From an uncultured Chloroflexia bacterium (GTDB taxonomy: Bacteria > Chloroflexota > Dehalococcoidia > DSTF01 > WHTK01), in NCBI GenBank assembly GCA_963703905.1, contig CAVPFY010000007.1, positions 14,374-78,373 of the forward strand: a DNA stretch of 64,000 nt, given 5' to 3'. Both the position numbers and the translations under genes were made by a program. Under the pieces are notes generated by a model. The model saw only the letters and a program-made list of their open reading frames with translations, had not been told where the DNA came from and ran no database searches. Below, piece after piece: positions 43,974 to 54,057 of this stretch. How positions within the stretch are numbered: position 1 is the stretch's first letter; every line of letters starts with the position of its first letter.

Positions 43974-46262
43974 CTAGACCCCCACGGGAATGACCGCCCG
44001 CGCCCCCACCAGACGGTCGATCTCCGGCCCCATCCCGATCTCGGCCAGGATGCTGGCGGCGTCCTCGCCGGGCTGAGGCGCCGGGCGGCCGGGGACGCAA
44101 GGCGTGCGCGAAAGGCGGGCCGCGGGCCCCGTGGTCGTGATCAGGCCCATGCCGGAGTGCTCGCGCGTGACGCTGAGGCCGTGATCCTTCACCCAGGGCC
44201 ATTCCATCAGCTCCCTGGCGGAGACAAACCCATGCGCGCCGAGGCCGGCCGCGGTCAGGCCCGAGACCCACTGGTCCACGCTCTTACCGCGAAAGCGCTC
44301 TTCCAGGGCCTGCTCCAGCTCAGGGCCGGAGCTTCCGGCGAGGTCGCGCAGGTCGCTCGAGTTCGCCAGGTCGGCGGGGCGGGCTGCGAAGAAGAACCAG
44401 CCGTCGCCGGCCTGGTAGGCGCGGTTCAGGGGGCCGGAGCCGATGGCGTCCTGGCCACGCGGCTCATCCCAGACCTTGCCTTCGTAGGCCTGCATCATCG
44501 ATGACTGCAGGATGGTGGCCGTGTACGCCAGGGCGCTGTCGACGTGCTGGCCCTGGCCGGTGCGCTTCTTGTGGTAGAGGCCCAGCGCGACGGCCAGGCC
44601 GCCCATGAAGCCGGTGCCGTAGTCATTTACGGCGTAGGGCTGCAGCAACGGCCTGCCACTGCCCCCGTAGCGCTCCTGGGCGCCCGTAGCGGCCTGCAAT
44701 ATCTGCTCGTGGCCTGGTCTACCGGCGAAGGGCCCGACCTGGCCGTAGGCGTTCAGGGACGCGTACACGATGTCCGGCTTGCGCGCCTTCACGGCCTCGT
44801 AGCCGAAGCCGACGCGGTCGGCGACACCGTTGCGGAAGTTCTGGACGACAACGTCGGCGCTGTCGACCAGCTTCATGAACACGTCCATGCCTTCCGGCGT
44901 CTTCAGGTCGAGGACAATGCTGCGCTTGGCGCGGTTGATGTCGGTGTGGAAGCCGCCGCCACCGCCGCCGCGCCCGCCCATCGGATTCGGCGCCGGCGGC
45001 CGGTCGATCTTGATGACGTCGGCGCCGTACTCGCCCAGCGTGCGGCCGCAGGTCGGGCCGGCGAGCACGATGCAAAGGTCCAGCACCCGTACGCCTTCGA
45101 GGGCGGAGCGCATCATCGACTCCACTTTCACCGCAGCCTGGTGGCCGTTGCGGGAGGCAAGCTCGGCCATGATCTCCTGGTGGTGCGCGTCCGGCAGGGC
45201 CCTGGCGAACCGGATCGACGGTGGGCTGACGCTCATGCGCACGGGAATGCCGGGCCCTTTGAAGGCGCCGAGCAAGGGGTCCTGCCCTTCGACGATGATC
45301 CCGGAGCCGAGCGCGCCGGGGTTCGTCGAGCCACTCGGCGCTGGGGCGGCAGACCGCGCACTCGGTGCCGATCTGCTCGCTGTAGTCTTCCCACTCCTGG
45401 GCGGTCCTGGTCATGAACAGCGCTTCGGTCTTCGCCCGCGACTCCTCGGGCGTGATCTTGCCCTCACGGGCGGCGTCCACCCAGACGCTGGCGCCGGTCG
45501 CCTCGAGGAAGTGGCGGGCTTCCTTGTTGCCGCCCATGTACATGACGTAGCGGCCGTCTTTGCACTTGATCTGGCCGCTCACGGCCATCATCGGGTTGGC
45601 CGGCGGCGGCGCGCTCCATCTGCGGCATGTCGCCTTGCGGCGCCTGGTTGTGGATGCGCTGGCCGCCAAAGCCGATGGCGGCAAAGGTAGCGTCGAACAG
45701 CGGCACCTCCACCACCTGGCCGGCGCCATCGCGCTCGCGGGCGTTGAGGGCCATGGTGATGGCCACGGCGGCCTGGATGGCGGCGTAGGTCGAAGGGATG
45801 GGCATTGCCGTGTACACGGGATGAGACGGCGCCGGGACGCAGCGGATAGCAGCCGGTGGCGGCGCTGACGATGCCTTCCCAGCCCGGCGCCTGCGCCCGC
45901 GGGTCGTCTGAGGCAAAGCCGGGGATCGAGCAGTAGATCAGCCGCGGATTGGCCGCGGTCATCTTCGCCGCGCCCAGGCCCAGGCGCTCCATCACGCCAG
46001 GCCGGAAGTTCTCGATCACCACGTCGGCGCCCTCAATCAGGCGGCGGGCCACGTCGCGGTCGGCGTCCGCCTTGAGGTCGAGGACGATGCTGCGCTTGTT
46101 GCGGTTGTAGGTCGCGTTGGCGGCGCTGTCCCAGGCGGGCCCGCCGGGCGGGTCGACGCGCACGACGTCGGCGCCCTGGTCCGCGAGAAGCATCGCGGCC
46201 AGTGGCCCCGCGATGTACTGCCCGAAGTCGATTATGCGAACGCCATCTAGCGCGCCTGCCAT
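43974..46262 (-). pseudogene. Second two-unit family III CoA-transferase; the first unit is frame-disrupted
   Basis: Unit 1 starts MAGALDGVRIIDFGQYIAGPLAAMLLADQGADVVRVDPPGG (46262) and runs through ORFs 45588..46262, 45464..45916 and 44719..45729 in different frames. Its C-terminal end (GIPVRMSVSPP...HHQEIMAEL) is in the same frame as unit 2 (MRSALEGVRVLDLCIVLAGPTCGRTLGEYGADVIKIDRPP, ORF 43974..45275), with no stop between them. Confidence 0.65.
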
Positions 46263-46325
46263 GTCCTGCCCTCCTCGAAAGCTCTGGTCCGCGAGAGGCG
46301 CGGGCCGACGGTCCGCGCATTCTCG

Positions 46326-46353
46326 ATAACGCCGTTATGCCCGTCGGCGTTAT
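46326..46353. promoter_or_regulatory. Candidate operator palindrome upstream of the CoA-transferase gene
   Basis: Perfect 9-bp arms ATAACGCCG (46326-46334) / CGGCGTTAT (46345-46353), 65-90 nt upstream of start 46262 on the minus strand. Function is inferred from position only. Confidence 0.3.
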
Positions 46354-46370
46354 AGCCGAGGCCACCGAAA

Positions 46371-46569
46371 GTGTCAATCGCGCGCATTCGGAGGAAATGC
46401 CACGGATTGACACAGATTTCACTGATTTGGCCGGACCTGATTCTCGAATCTTCCGGAAAAAGTCAGTGAGAATCAGTGTCAGTTTGTGGCATTAGCCCGC
46501 CCGCGCCTGGGATCGGTTCCCAAATCCTGCGGACAACATCAGTGAAAATCAGCGTCAATCTGTAGCATT
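46371..46569. repeat. Low-GC cluster of three ~31-nt repeat units (one direct, two inverted) plus a nested hairpin
   Basis: Units: AATGCCACGGATTGACACAGATTTCACTGAT (46396-46426, + orientation), and the reverse complements of 46462-46493 and 46538-46569. The three are about 80 percent identical by eye. There is also a GTGTCAATC (46371-46379) / GATTGACAC (46405-46413) stem. Confidence 0.75.
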
Positions 46570-46581
46570 GGCCTTCCCGGC

Positions 46582-47496
46582 TCACGCCGGCCGCGACCCT
46601 GCCGCGCTTAGCCTGCGCTTCGCCTCCGCGACGACGTCCGCCGGCAGCGGGCCCTTGAGCGCCGCCGCGACGTTGTCCGCGCAGGTGCTCGAGGCTCTTC
46701 GTGCCGACGATCGTCGTGTCGAGGTCGGGGTCGGAGAGCGTGAAGCGCAGCATGAACTCCATGCGGCTCATGCCGTCCAGCAGGTCGTCCAGCTTCGCTT
46801 GTTCCCAGCGGTTGCGCAGGTCGTCGGCCGAGAGCATGTAGTAGCGCCGCTCCTCCCAGTCGGTCGGCGAGCCGCGGGCGACGCCGCCGCGGATGATGAT
46901 GCCGGCCCCGGCCTTCGAGGCGCGGTCGATGACGCCTTCGTGCTCGCGCTGCAGGGCCGAGTAGGGCACCTGGAAGGCGTCGAAGACGCCCATGTCGCAC
47001 CTGCTCGTCCAGGTTCGGCAGCGTGCCGGAGACGCCGACGAAGCGGACTTTGCCCTCGTCCTTGCAGCTTCAGCGCCTCCTGGAGCGCGCCCTGCTCCTC
47101 GAACTCGTCGCTGGGTGAGGCTGCGGTGGAACTGCACCAGGTCCAGGTGGTCGGTCTTCAGCAGGCGCAGGCTGTTCTCGACGCCGGCGCGGATGTTGGC
47201 GGCCGTGTGGACGTGGTCGGAGCCCTGGGCCGCCGCCGGCACGCAGCCGCACTTCGAGGCCAGGAAGTACTCGGCGCGACGGTGCGAGATGCATCTTGCC
47301 GATCAGCTCCTCGCTGCGGCCGTAGTCGATCGAGGTGTCGATGAAGTTGATCCCGGCGTCGAGGACGGCGTTGAGCACCTTCGCGGCGTCCTCTTCCGAC
47401 ACCGCCGGCCCGCAGCTCCATGGCGCCGTAGCCCAGTGCGGTCACGTCCATTCCGGTGCGGCCCAGGGGCCGCTTCTCAAGGTCAGCCATTCTCAA
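46582..47496 (-). pseudogene. Aldo/keto reductase, multiply frame-disrupted
   Basis: The pieces MADLEKRPLGRTGMDVTALGYGAMEL, VLNAVLDAGINFIDTSIDYGRSEELIG, NSLRLLKTDHLDLVQFH and GIIIRGGVARG...TTIVGTKSLEHLR lie in different frames. The tail DNVAAALKGPLPADVVAEAKRRL ends at TGA 46582-46584. Confidence 0.7.
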
Positions 47497-47517
47497 GCCT
47501 CCGTTTCGCCCCTCATA

Positions 47518-50512
47518 TTAGTCCAGGCCCTGCGCGGCGAGAGCGTCGGCGAGGTACTCGACGGCGTGTCTGGGCCGCCGCCCGGTGAAGTGGCCGATCT
47601 GCTGGCGGCAGGAGACGCCGGTAATCGCGATTGCGGTCGCCGTGCGACGCCGCTTCGACGGCCGGGAAGAGTCGTAGGCGCCCATGGCCCGCGAGATCTC
47701 GTAGTGCTCGGCCTCGAAGCCGAAGGAGCCGGCCATGCCGCAGCAGCCGCTTTCGACCAGCGTGACCTCGTAGCCCGGCACGAGGCGCAGGGCGGCCAGC
47801 GTCGGCTCCGCGCCCGACGACCGCCTTCTGGTGGCAGTGCGCGTGCAGGAGGATCGTCGCGGCGGCGGTCGTCGCGGAAGATGCCGGCCAGCGACCGGCT
47901 CGTCTTGCCGCCAGGCGCGCGATCAGCTCGTCGAGCAGCAGCGCCTGGTCCGCGACCAGCCGCGAGTCGTCGTCACGCAGCAGGTCCGGGTACTCGTCGC
48001 GGAAGGTGAGCAGGCACGACGGCTCGGTGCCGACGATCGGCACGCCGCGCGCGGGCGTACGGCAGCAGGGCGTCGACGTTGCGGCGCGCCCATCTCTTGC
48101 GCCGTCGTCAGCATGCCCTTCGAGATCGCCGGCCGGCCGCAGCAGCCGGCGCCTTCGGCCAGCACGACGCGATAGCCCAGCGCCTCCAGGACGCGCACGG
48201 CGGCCCGGCCGACCTCGGGGTGGTAGTAGTCGGTGAAGGTGTCGTGGAAGAGGACCACGTCGCCGCGCGGCGTCGCTGCAGCCGGCAGGCCTGCGCGTTG
48301 TGCTGAACCAGGCGAGGAAGGTCTCGCGCCGCGAAGCCGCGGCAGCGGCCGGTCGCGGTGGATGCCGCCGAAGCGTTGCAGCAATGCGCGCCCCGGCCCA
48401 AAGCCGGCGAGCGCGTTCGCGATCCGCGGCCGCACGGCTGCCGAGGCGGCTGAGCGCCGCGATGTTCGCGAAGAGGCGCGACCGCAGCGGGACGCCGCGC
48501 TCCTGGTTGCGCTGCGCCAGGATCTCGTACTTGAGCTTGGCCATGTCGACGCCGGAGGGGCACTCGGCCTTGCAGGCCTTGCACTCGACGCAGAGGTCGA
48601 GCGCCTCGTGCAGGCGGTCGCCGGTCAGCTCCTCGGGCGGCAGGACGCCGCGAAAGCGTGAGGCGCAGCAGGTTGGCGCGGCCGCGCGTCGAGTGCTCTT
48701 CGTCGCGCGTGACCATGTAACGAGGGGCACATGCCGCCTTCGAGCTTGCGACAGGCGCCCTGGCCGTTGCACTGCTCCGCCGCGCGCGCGATGCCGCCCT
48801 CGAAGCTGAAGTCGAGGAAGGTCACCGGCTCCCGAGTTGGCGTCGCCGGGCTCGAGGCGCAGGTTCTCGCGTGAAGCCCGGCGTGTCGACGATCTTGCCG
48901 GGGTTGAGCAGGCCGTTCGGGTCGAAGGCGCGCTTGACCTCGCGGAAGGCTTGGTCGAGCTTCGGGCCGAACATGCGCTCCGTGAACACGCCGCGCAGGA
49001 TGCCGTCGCCGTGCTCGCCGCTGAGGCTGCCGCCGAACTCGAGCACGAGGTCGGCGACCTCGGTGGCGATCGCCTCCATCGTCTCGAGGCCCTCGGCGGT
49101 CTTGACGTTGACCATCGGCCGGATGTGCAGGCAGCCGACGCTGGCGTGGCCGTAGTAGGCGGCCTCGGTGCCGTTGCGGCCCTCGACGATCTGCCTGGAA
49201 GCGCTCGCACGAACTCCGGCAGCTTCTCCGGCGCCACGGCCGCGTCCTCGACGAAGGCGAGCGGGCTTGGCGTCGCCGCGGACGCTCATCAGCAGGCCCG
49301 AGCCCGGCCTCGCGCATGCGCCACATGTCGCGCTGGCGCCGCCGGGTCGGTGGTCGTGACGGTGGCGTAGCCGAGGCCGCGCCGCTCGAGGTCGGCCTCG
49401 AGGCTGTCCAGCTGGCGAGCAGCCTCGGCCTCGGTCTCGCCGAAGAACTCGATGAGCAGGATGCCGCCGGGGTCGCCCTCGACGAAGTCGGCCAGGTGCC
49501 GGAAGCCGAGGCTGCGCGCGGCAGCGGCGCGACGATCGACGTCGTCGATCAGCTCGACCGCGGACGGGCCGTGCTCCAGCGCGGCGACCGTCGCCTCCGC
49601 GGCCTCGACGACGCTGCGGAAGTGCACGGCGGCCAGGCCCTTGACCTTGGGCACCGGCACCAGGCGTACCTTCGCCTCCGTGATCACGGCGAGCGTGCCC
49701 TCGGAGCCGACGATCATGCGCGTGACAGGTCCATCGGCCCGTCGTCGTCGACGAAGTCGTCGAGGTTGTAGCCGGAGACGCGGCGCATGATCTTGGGGAA
49801 GCGCGCGCTCGATCTCCTCCGCGCTGCTCGCGCCCGATGCGCGCGCAGCTCGCGGTAGAGCCTCGCCCTCGAGGCCGCGGCGACCGAGCTTCGCGTCCAG
49901 CGCCGCGCCCTCGACGCGCTCGAAGGTTGTCGAGGACCCGTCCGCGAGCACGACGTCGAGCGAGAGGACGTGGTCGATGGTCTTGCCGTAGACGACGGAG
50001 TGCGCGCCGCAGGAGTTGTTGCCGATGCCGCCGCCGATGGTCGCGCGGTTCGCCGTCGAGGGGTCGATGCGCGTACTGGAGGCCGTGCGGCGCCGCGGCG
50101 CGGTTCAGCTCCGAAAGCACGAGGCCGGGCTGGACGCGCGCCCAGCGCTCGTCGGCGTTGATCTCGAGGACTCCGCCCATGTGCGGCGAGAAGTCCAGGA
50201 CGATCGCGTGGTTGACCGTCTGGCCGGACGAGGCCGGTGCCGCCGCCGCGCGGCAAGACCGGCACGCCCGGCCTCAGCGGCGACCTGCAGGACGTGCTGG
50301 ACGTCGGCCTCGCCGGCCGGGAAGACGACCGCGACCGGCTCCATCTGGTAGATCGAGGCGTCGGTCGCGTACATGAGGCGGTAAGGCCGCTCCGAGCGCA
50401 CGCTGCCCCGCAGGCCGCGGGCCAGGTCCGCGTGCAGCGCTGCGATGTCGTCCGCCGTCAGGTCACGCGCGCGCAGCACCGTCTCGTGCAAGGGGGAGCC
50501 GCTGAGGGTCAT
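47518..50512 (-). pseudogene. YdiJ-like FAD-linked oxidase fused to Fe-S / CCG (GlcF-like) domains, heavily frame-disrupted
   Basis: The start is ATG 50512 (MTLSGSPLHE...YATDASIYQMEPVAVVFP). Pieces PVLPRGGGTGL, LEINADERWARVQPGLVL, GHASVGCLHIRP, GGSLSGEHGDGILRG, CVECKACKAECPSG and CCGMAGSFGFEAEHYEIS are spread over at least nine ORF-track fragments in alternating frames. Confidence 0.7.
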
Positions 50513-50595
50513 GCCCGCCAAACCTATCGGAGCGGGGCCAGGCTGGCAATAGGTGCGCCCGGGCCGCCAGCACCTGCCGGCCGGGCGACGGGGGT

Positions 50596-51813
50596 CTACT
50601 TCGCCGGCACCTTCGTCCGCACCGGCAGCGAGCGCAGGCCACGCAGAATGAAGGAAGGCCCCCACTCCGGCTGCTCGAAGTCCGGTTCGGGGTCCGGGAA
50701 GCGCCGCAGCAAGGTGTTGACGGCGATCTGGCCTTCGACCCGGGCCAGCGGCGCGCCGAGGCAGTAGTGGATGCCCTGGCCGAAGCCCAGGTGGTGGTTG
50801 TCCTGACGCGAGATGTCGAAGCGCTCCGGCTCCGGGAACTGGGCCGGGTCGTGGTTAGCGCCACCGAGGAAGGTGATCACGACCTGGCCCTGCTTGAAGT
50901 GTTTGCCCCTGAAGTCCAGGTCTTCGACCGGCACGCGGCTCGTCGCTTGAACAGGCCCGTCGTAGCGCAGCATCTCTTCGACGGCAGCCGCGATCAGCGA
51001 AGGGTCGTCCTGGAGGCGGCGGCGCTGTTCGGGATGGCGCAGCAGGGCCAGCATGCCGTTGCCGATGAGGTTGGTGGTGGTCTCGTTGCCGGCGACCAGC
51101 AGGAGCACGCAGGTTGCGAGCAGCTCATCCTGGCTGAGGACGTCGCTCCGGTCGCGGGCGGCAATCAAGGCCGAGATCAGGTCTTCCCGCGGGGCCCGGC
51201 GGCGCTCTTCGATGATGCCCGCGAAGTACTCGGCCAGCGCTTCGGAGCTGCTGCGGGCGCGCTCCATGGTGTCCTGCGCCTCGCCACCGCTGCCGAGGAC
51301 GCCGGCGATGTCCGTCGACCAGACCTTGAACTGCTCCCGTTCCGAAGGCGAGACACCGAGCATCTCGGCGATGACGATGATCGGCAACGGAATCGCCAGG
51401 TCCTTCACGATGTCGAGCCGGTTTGGGTCCGCGACCGCGTCCAGGAGCGAATCCGCGATCTCCTGAATGTGAGGGCGCATCGCCTCGACAACCCGCGGGG
51501 TGAAGGCCTTGTTGACCAGGTTGCGCATGCGCGTGTGGTCCGGCGGGTCGATGCTCAGCATCGTGGCCGTGCGCCGCATGAGGCTGGGGTCGCTCTGCTC
51601 CGTCAGGCGGGTGACCAGCGGGTTGTTGGAGCGCGAGCGTTCCGAGGAAAAGTGGGCATGGTCTTTGAGGATCGCCTGCACGTCGTCGTAGCCGGTGACC
51701 AGCCAGCCCTGCATCAGGTCCTGCCACAGTATCGGGTCGACGTCGCGCATGCCCTTGTAGGCGGCGTAGGGGTCTGTTCGGAACGCGGCCAGCATCGGGT
51801 TGAACATGACCAT
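50596..51813 (-). CDS. Cytochrome P450
   Basis: Intact 405-aa ORF with the heme-binding loop FGQGIHYCLGAPLA, an I-helix LLLVAGNETT and an ExxR (EEMLRY). Confidence 0.9.
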   Translation of the reverse strand: MVMFNPMLAAFRTDPYAAYKGMRDVDPILWQDLMQGWLVTGYDDVQAILKDHAHFSSERSRSNNPLVTRLTEQSDPSLMRRTATMLSIDPPDHTRMRNLVNKAFTPRVVEAMRPHIQEIADSLLDAVADPNRLDIVKDLAIPLPIIVIAEMLGVSPSEREQFKVWSTDIAGVLGSGGEAQDTMERARSSSEALAEYFAGIIEERRRAPREDLISALIAARDRSDVLSQDELLATCVLLLVAGNETTTNLIGNGMLALLRHPEQRRRLQDDPSLIAAAVEEMLRYDGPVQATSRVPVEDLDFRGKHFKQGQVVITFLGGANHDPAQFPEPERFDISRQDNHHLGFGQGIHYCLGAPLARVEGQIAVNTLLRRFPDPEPDFEQPEWGPSFILRGLRSLPVRTKVPAK

Positions 51814-51863
51814 CGGGGACCAGTCCTCGTGGGTCGAATCTAAGCAAATTCTAACTTAAGGCT

Positions 51864-52127
51864 GCGCCCCCTGCCCCGGGATTGCCACGGCCCTTCCGCC
51901 TTGCGGCATCCAGGGTCCGCCGTGACAGGCGCCGCCCAGGACGGACTGTGCCCTCTGGCCGACAAGCCGAAATGCCGACCAGCCGACGTGCCCGCGCCCC
52001 CTGCGCCGGGATTGCCACGGCCCTTCCGCCTTACGGCATCCAGGGCCTCGCAATGACAGAGCGCCGCCCAGGGCGACTGCCCGCCTCTGGCCGACAAGCC
52101 GAAATGCCGACCAGCCGACGTGCCCGC
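51864..52127. repeat. Tandem direct repeat, 2 x ~130 bp
   Basis: Copy 1 starts GCGCCCCCTGCCCCGGGATTGCCACGG at 51864 and copy 2 starts GCGCCCCCTGCGCCGGGATTGCCACGG at 51994. Both end CTGGCCGACAAGCCGAAATGCCGACCAGCCGACGTGCCCGC. Each contains the imperfect inverted repeat TGCCACGGC...GCCGTGACA. Confidence 0.9.
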
Positions 52128-52745
52128 TCAGCGGCCGCCGGTAACGCCGCCCGAGGCCGCCAGCAGCTCCTCCAGGTGCATCTGCCACTCCAGCGCCGTG
52201 CGGCGCTTGGCCGGCGTGTCGGCCAGCTCTTCGTAGAGCGCCTGGCCCCACTTCAGGTGCTCCTCTTCCTCCAGGAGGATGTGGTTGAGGATGCGCACGC
52301 TGGGCGCATCGCAGATCGCGTCGGTGACGGCGACGTGATGGCGATAGTAGACGGCAAGGTGTGTCTTGAGGACGCGGTGCAGGCCGGTGATGCGCAGGAG
52401 TTCTTCATCCGCCAGGGTCATTTCCTCGACGAAGCGCTCGAATTCGGGGTTGGGCGCGGCCGCGAGGGTTGAGCTGCGGAAGGTCGGCGGCGTGTCCAGG
52501 TCCGCGCCCTCCAGGGCGCGCAGCTCCGGCAGGCGCTGGCCGAGCCAGTAGTAGTGCACGGAGTCCTGATAGCAGTGCTCGCCGAAGGTGAACTTGCACT
52601 TCATGTTCGCCGAGGTCGAAGCCCACATGGCCTCGGCTGTCATGCAGGCCTTTTCGGCGTAGCGGTAGTGGATGATCCGCCGCGCACACTCCTCGACCGA
52701 AAAGGCCCCGCCGATTTGCCGCTGATCGATGCAAAGCTCGGGCAT
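52128..52745 (-). CDS. Hypothetical helical protein, possibly a degenerate ferritin-like partner subunit
   Basis: Intact 205-aa ORF. It contains FGEHCYQDSVHYYWLGQRLPELRA and LLEEEEHLKWG (one ExxH-type motif). I recognise no family with confidence. Confidence 0.4.
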   Translation of the reverse strand: MPELCIDQRQIGGAFSVEECARRIIHYRYAEKACMTAEAMWASTSANMKCKFTFGEHCYQDSVHYYWLGQRLPELRALEGADLDTPPTFRSSTLAAAPNPEFERFVEEMTLADEELLRITGLHRVLKTHLAVYYRHHVAVTDAICDAPSVRILNHILLEEEEHLKWGQALYEELADTPAKRRTALEWQMHLEELLAASGGVTGGR

Positions 52746-52797
52746 GGTCGCTCCTGTCTCAGTGCAAGCTAAACGGCTCCAGCGGCCTTCGCGCCGC

Positions 52798-53109
52798 TCA
52801 GGCCAGGCGGCTGACGGACGCCCGGGCGGTCTCGCGCACGGCCAGTTGATCCTGGCGCCGCCGCCGCGCCCACTGGCGGGCCTTATCCTTGGCCGCTTCC
52901 AGCACCACCGGGTCGGGGACGTACGCCTGGTCGATGGTGATGCAGTCGACGGGGCAGAGCTGCGCGCAGATGTCGCAGTCGATGCAGCCCTCGGCCTCGA
53001 TGACGTGCGTGCGGTGCCCCGTCCGAAAGTAGCTGATGCACTCCGTAGGGCAGTTCTTCCGGCAGAGGCCGCAGTTGATGCAGGCCTTCAGGTCGATTAG
53101 GTACGCCAA
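52798..53109 (-). CDS. 2x[4Fe-4S] ferredoxin with a basic C-terminal tail
   Basis: CINCGLCRKNCP and CIDCDICAQLCP are the two classic CxxCxxCxxxCP motifs. The ORF is 103 aa. Confidence 0.85.
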   Translation of the reverse strand: MAYLIDLKACINCGLCRKNCPTECISYFRTGHRTHVIEAEGCIDCDICAQLCPVDCITIDQAYVPDPVVLEAAKDKARQWARRRRQDQLAVRETARASVSRLA

Positions 53110-53118
53110 GCGGCGGGC

Positions 53119-53988
53119 CTACTGGTATCCGGCTTTGGAGGCGCCATCTCCGACAAGGGCCTCTTCGGCGCGCTCCATCTCTTCCGCGAAGAACGCCTTC
53201 AGCTCGTCTGCCTGGCCGGGGCTGAGCAGGGCACCGCGCATCATTTCGTGGCGGGCGTGGGCGGCCAGCGCCAGGCGCTCCTTGGCCGGGTCGCCTTCGG
53301 CCAGCAGCTTCACGAAGAAGTCGCCGATGGAGACGTGCGTGACCTCGTCCGCCCAGTTGTAGTCGTAACACAGCTCCATGAGATCGTCGCCGATCTTGTG
53401 ACCGAGCTCGCTGGTGCCCTTGAACAGGGTCAGCGCCCCGCCCTCGAGCGAAACGTTGGTCATCGAGAGGCTGACGATCGGGTTGCGCATCATGCCTTCG
53501 AACGCGCCCGCGCCGGCAGGCCGCCCGCCGGTCGCGGCGCCGTTCCCCTGAGCACCCTGGGCTGCCTGCGCCTGGGGGCCCGCGCCGCCGGCCAGGCTGT
53601 CCGGGTACTCGCCGACGACGCCGCCGGTGGCTTCGAGCACGCCCTTGCTCAGCTGAGCGTGGCGGACCTCATCCCAGGTCTGGCGGGCCATCGCCAGGAT
53701 CAGGCTCTCCGGCACGTCCCACTCTTGCCACTCGACCACCTTGCGGCTGAATGCGTCTATGCCGGCGAATTCGGCGCTCATGATCGAGCTGATAAGTGCT
53801 TTGCGCAGCTCCAGGTTCTGGGGCGCGGCGATGATCATCTCGCGCAGGTTGCCGTTGTTGAAGTTCTCGACGCCGCCGATTTTGCGCTTCAGCTCCTCGC
53901 GCTCCTCGTCGGAGACCCGCATCGAGGGGCGGTAGGGGGGTTCGCGCCGTGAGGGCGTGCTCTGTAGCTTTTCGACGATCTTGCTCAT
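53119..53988 (-). CDS. Ferritin-like di-iron carboxylate protein (DUF455-like)
   Basis: ORF track 53119..54075. ATG 53988 has the RBS AGGGAG. There are two E...DExxH half-sites: SAEFAGIDAF...WDEVRHAQL and SLEGGALT...ADEVTHVSIGDFF. The second resembles the DEigHV segment I recall for DUF455. A Gly/Ala/Gln-rich insert separates the halves. Confidence 0.5.
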   Translation of the reverse strand: MSKIVEKLQSTPSRREPPYRPSMRVSDEEREELKRKIGGVENFNNGNLREMIIAAPQNLELRKALISSIMSAEFAGIDAFSRKVVEWQEWDVPESLILAMARQTWDEVRHAQLSKGVLEATGGVVGEYPDSLAGGAGPQAQAAQGAQGNGAATGGRPAGAGAFEGMMRNPIVSLSMTNVSLEGGALTLFKGTSELGHKIGDDLMELCYDYNWADEVTHVSIGDFFVKLLAEGDPAKERLALAAHARHEMMRGALLSPGQADELKAFFAEEMERAEEALVGDGASKAGYQ

Positions 53989-54057
53989 AGGATGCTCCCT
54001 GCGCAGATTTGCGCGCTTTAGGCGATTATTGTGTCGCCCGCCTGCCCTGTCAACGCG

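Noticed and set aside
51864-52127. Possible CRISPR array (this repeat region, and also the repeats at 3134-3240)
   Set aside because: 51864-52127 is two contiguous 130-bp copies with no unique spacers. 3134-3240 is a 7-nt microsatellite. No cas genes are present, and the unit lengths are outside the CRISPR range.
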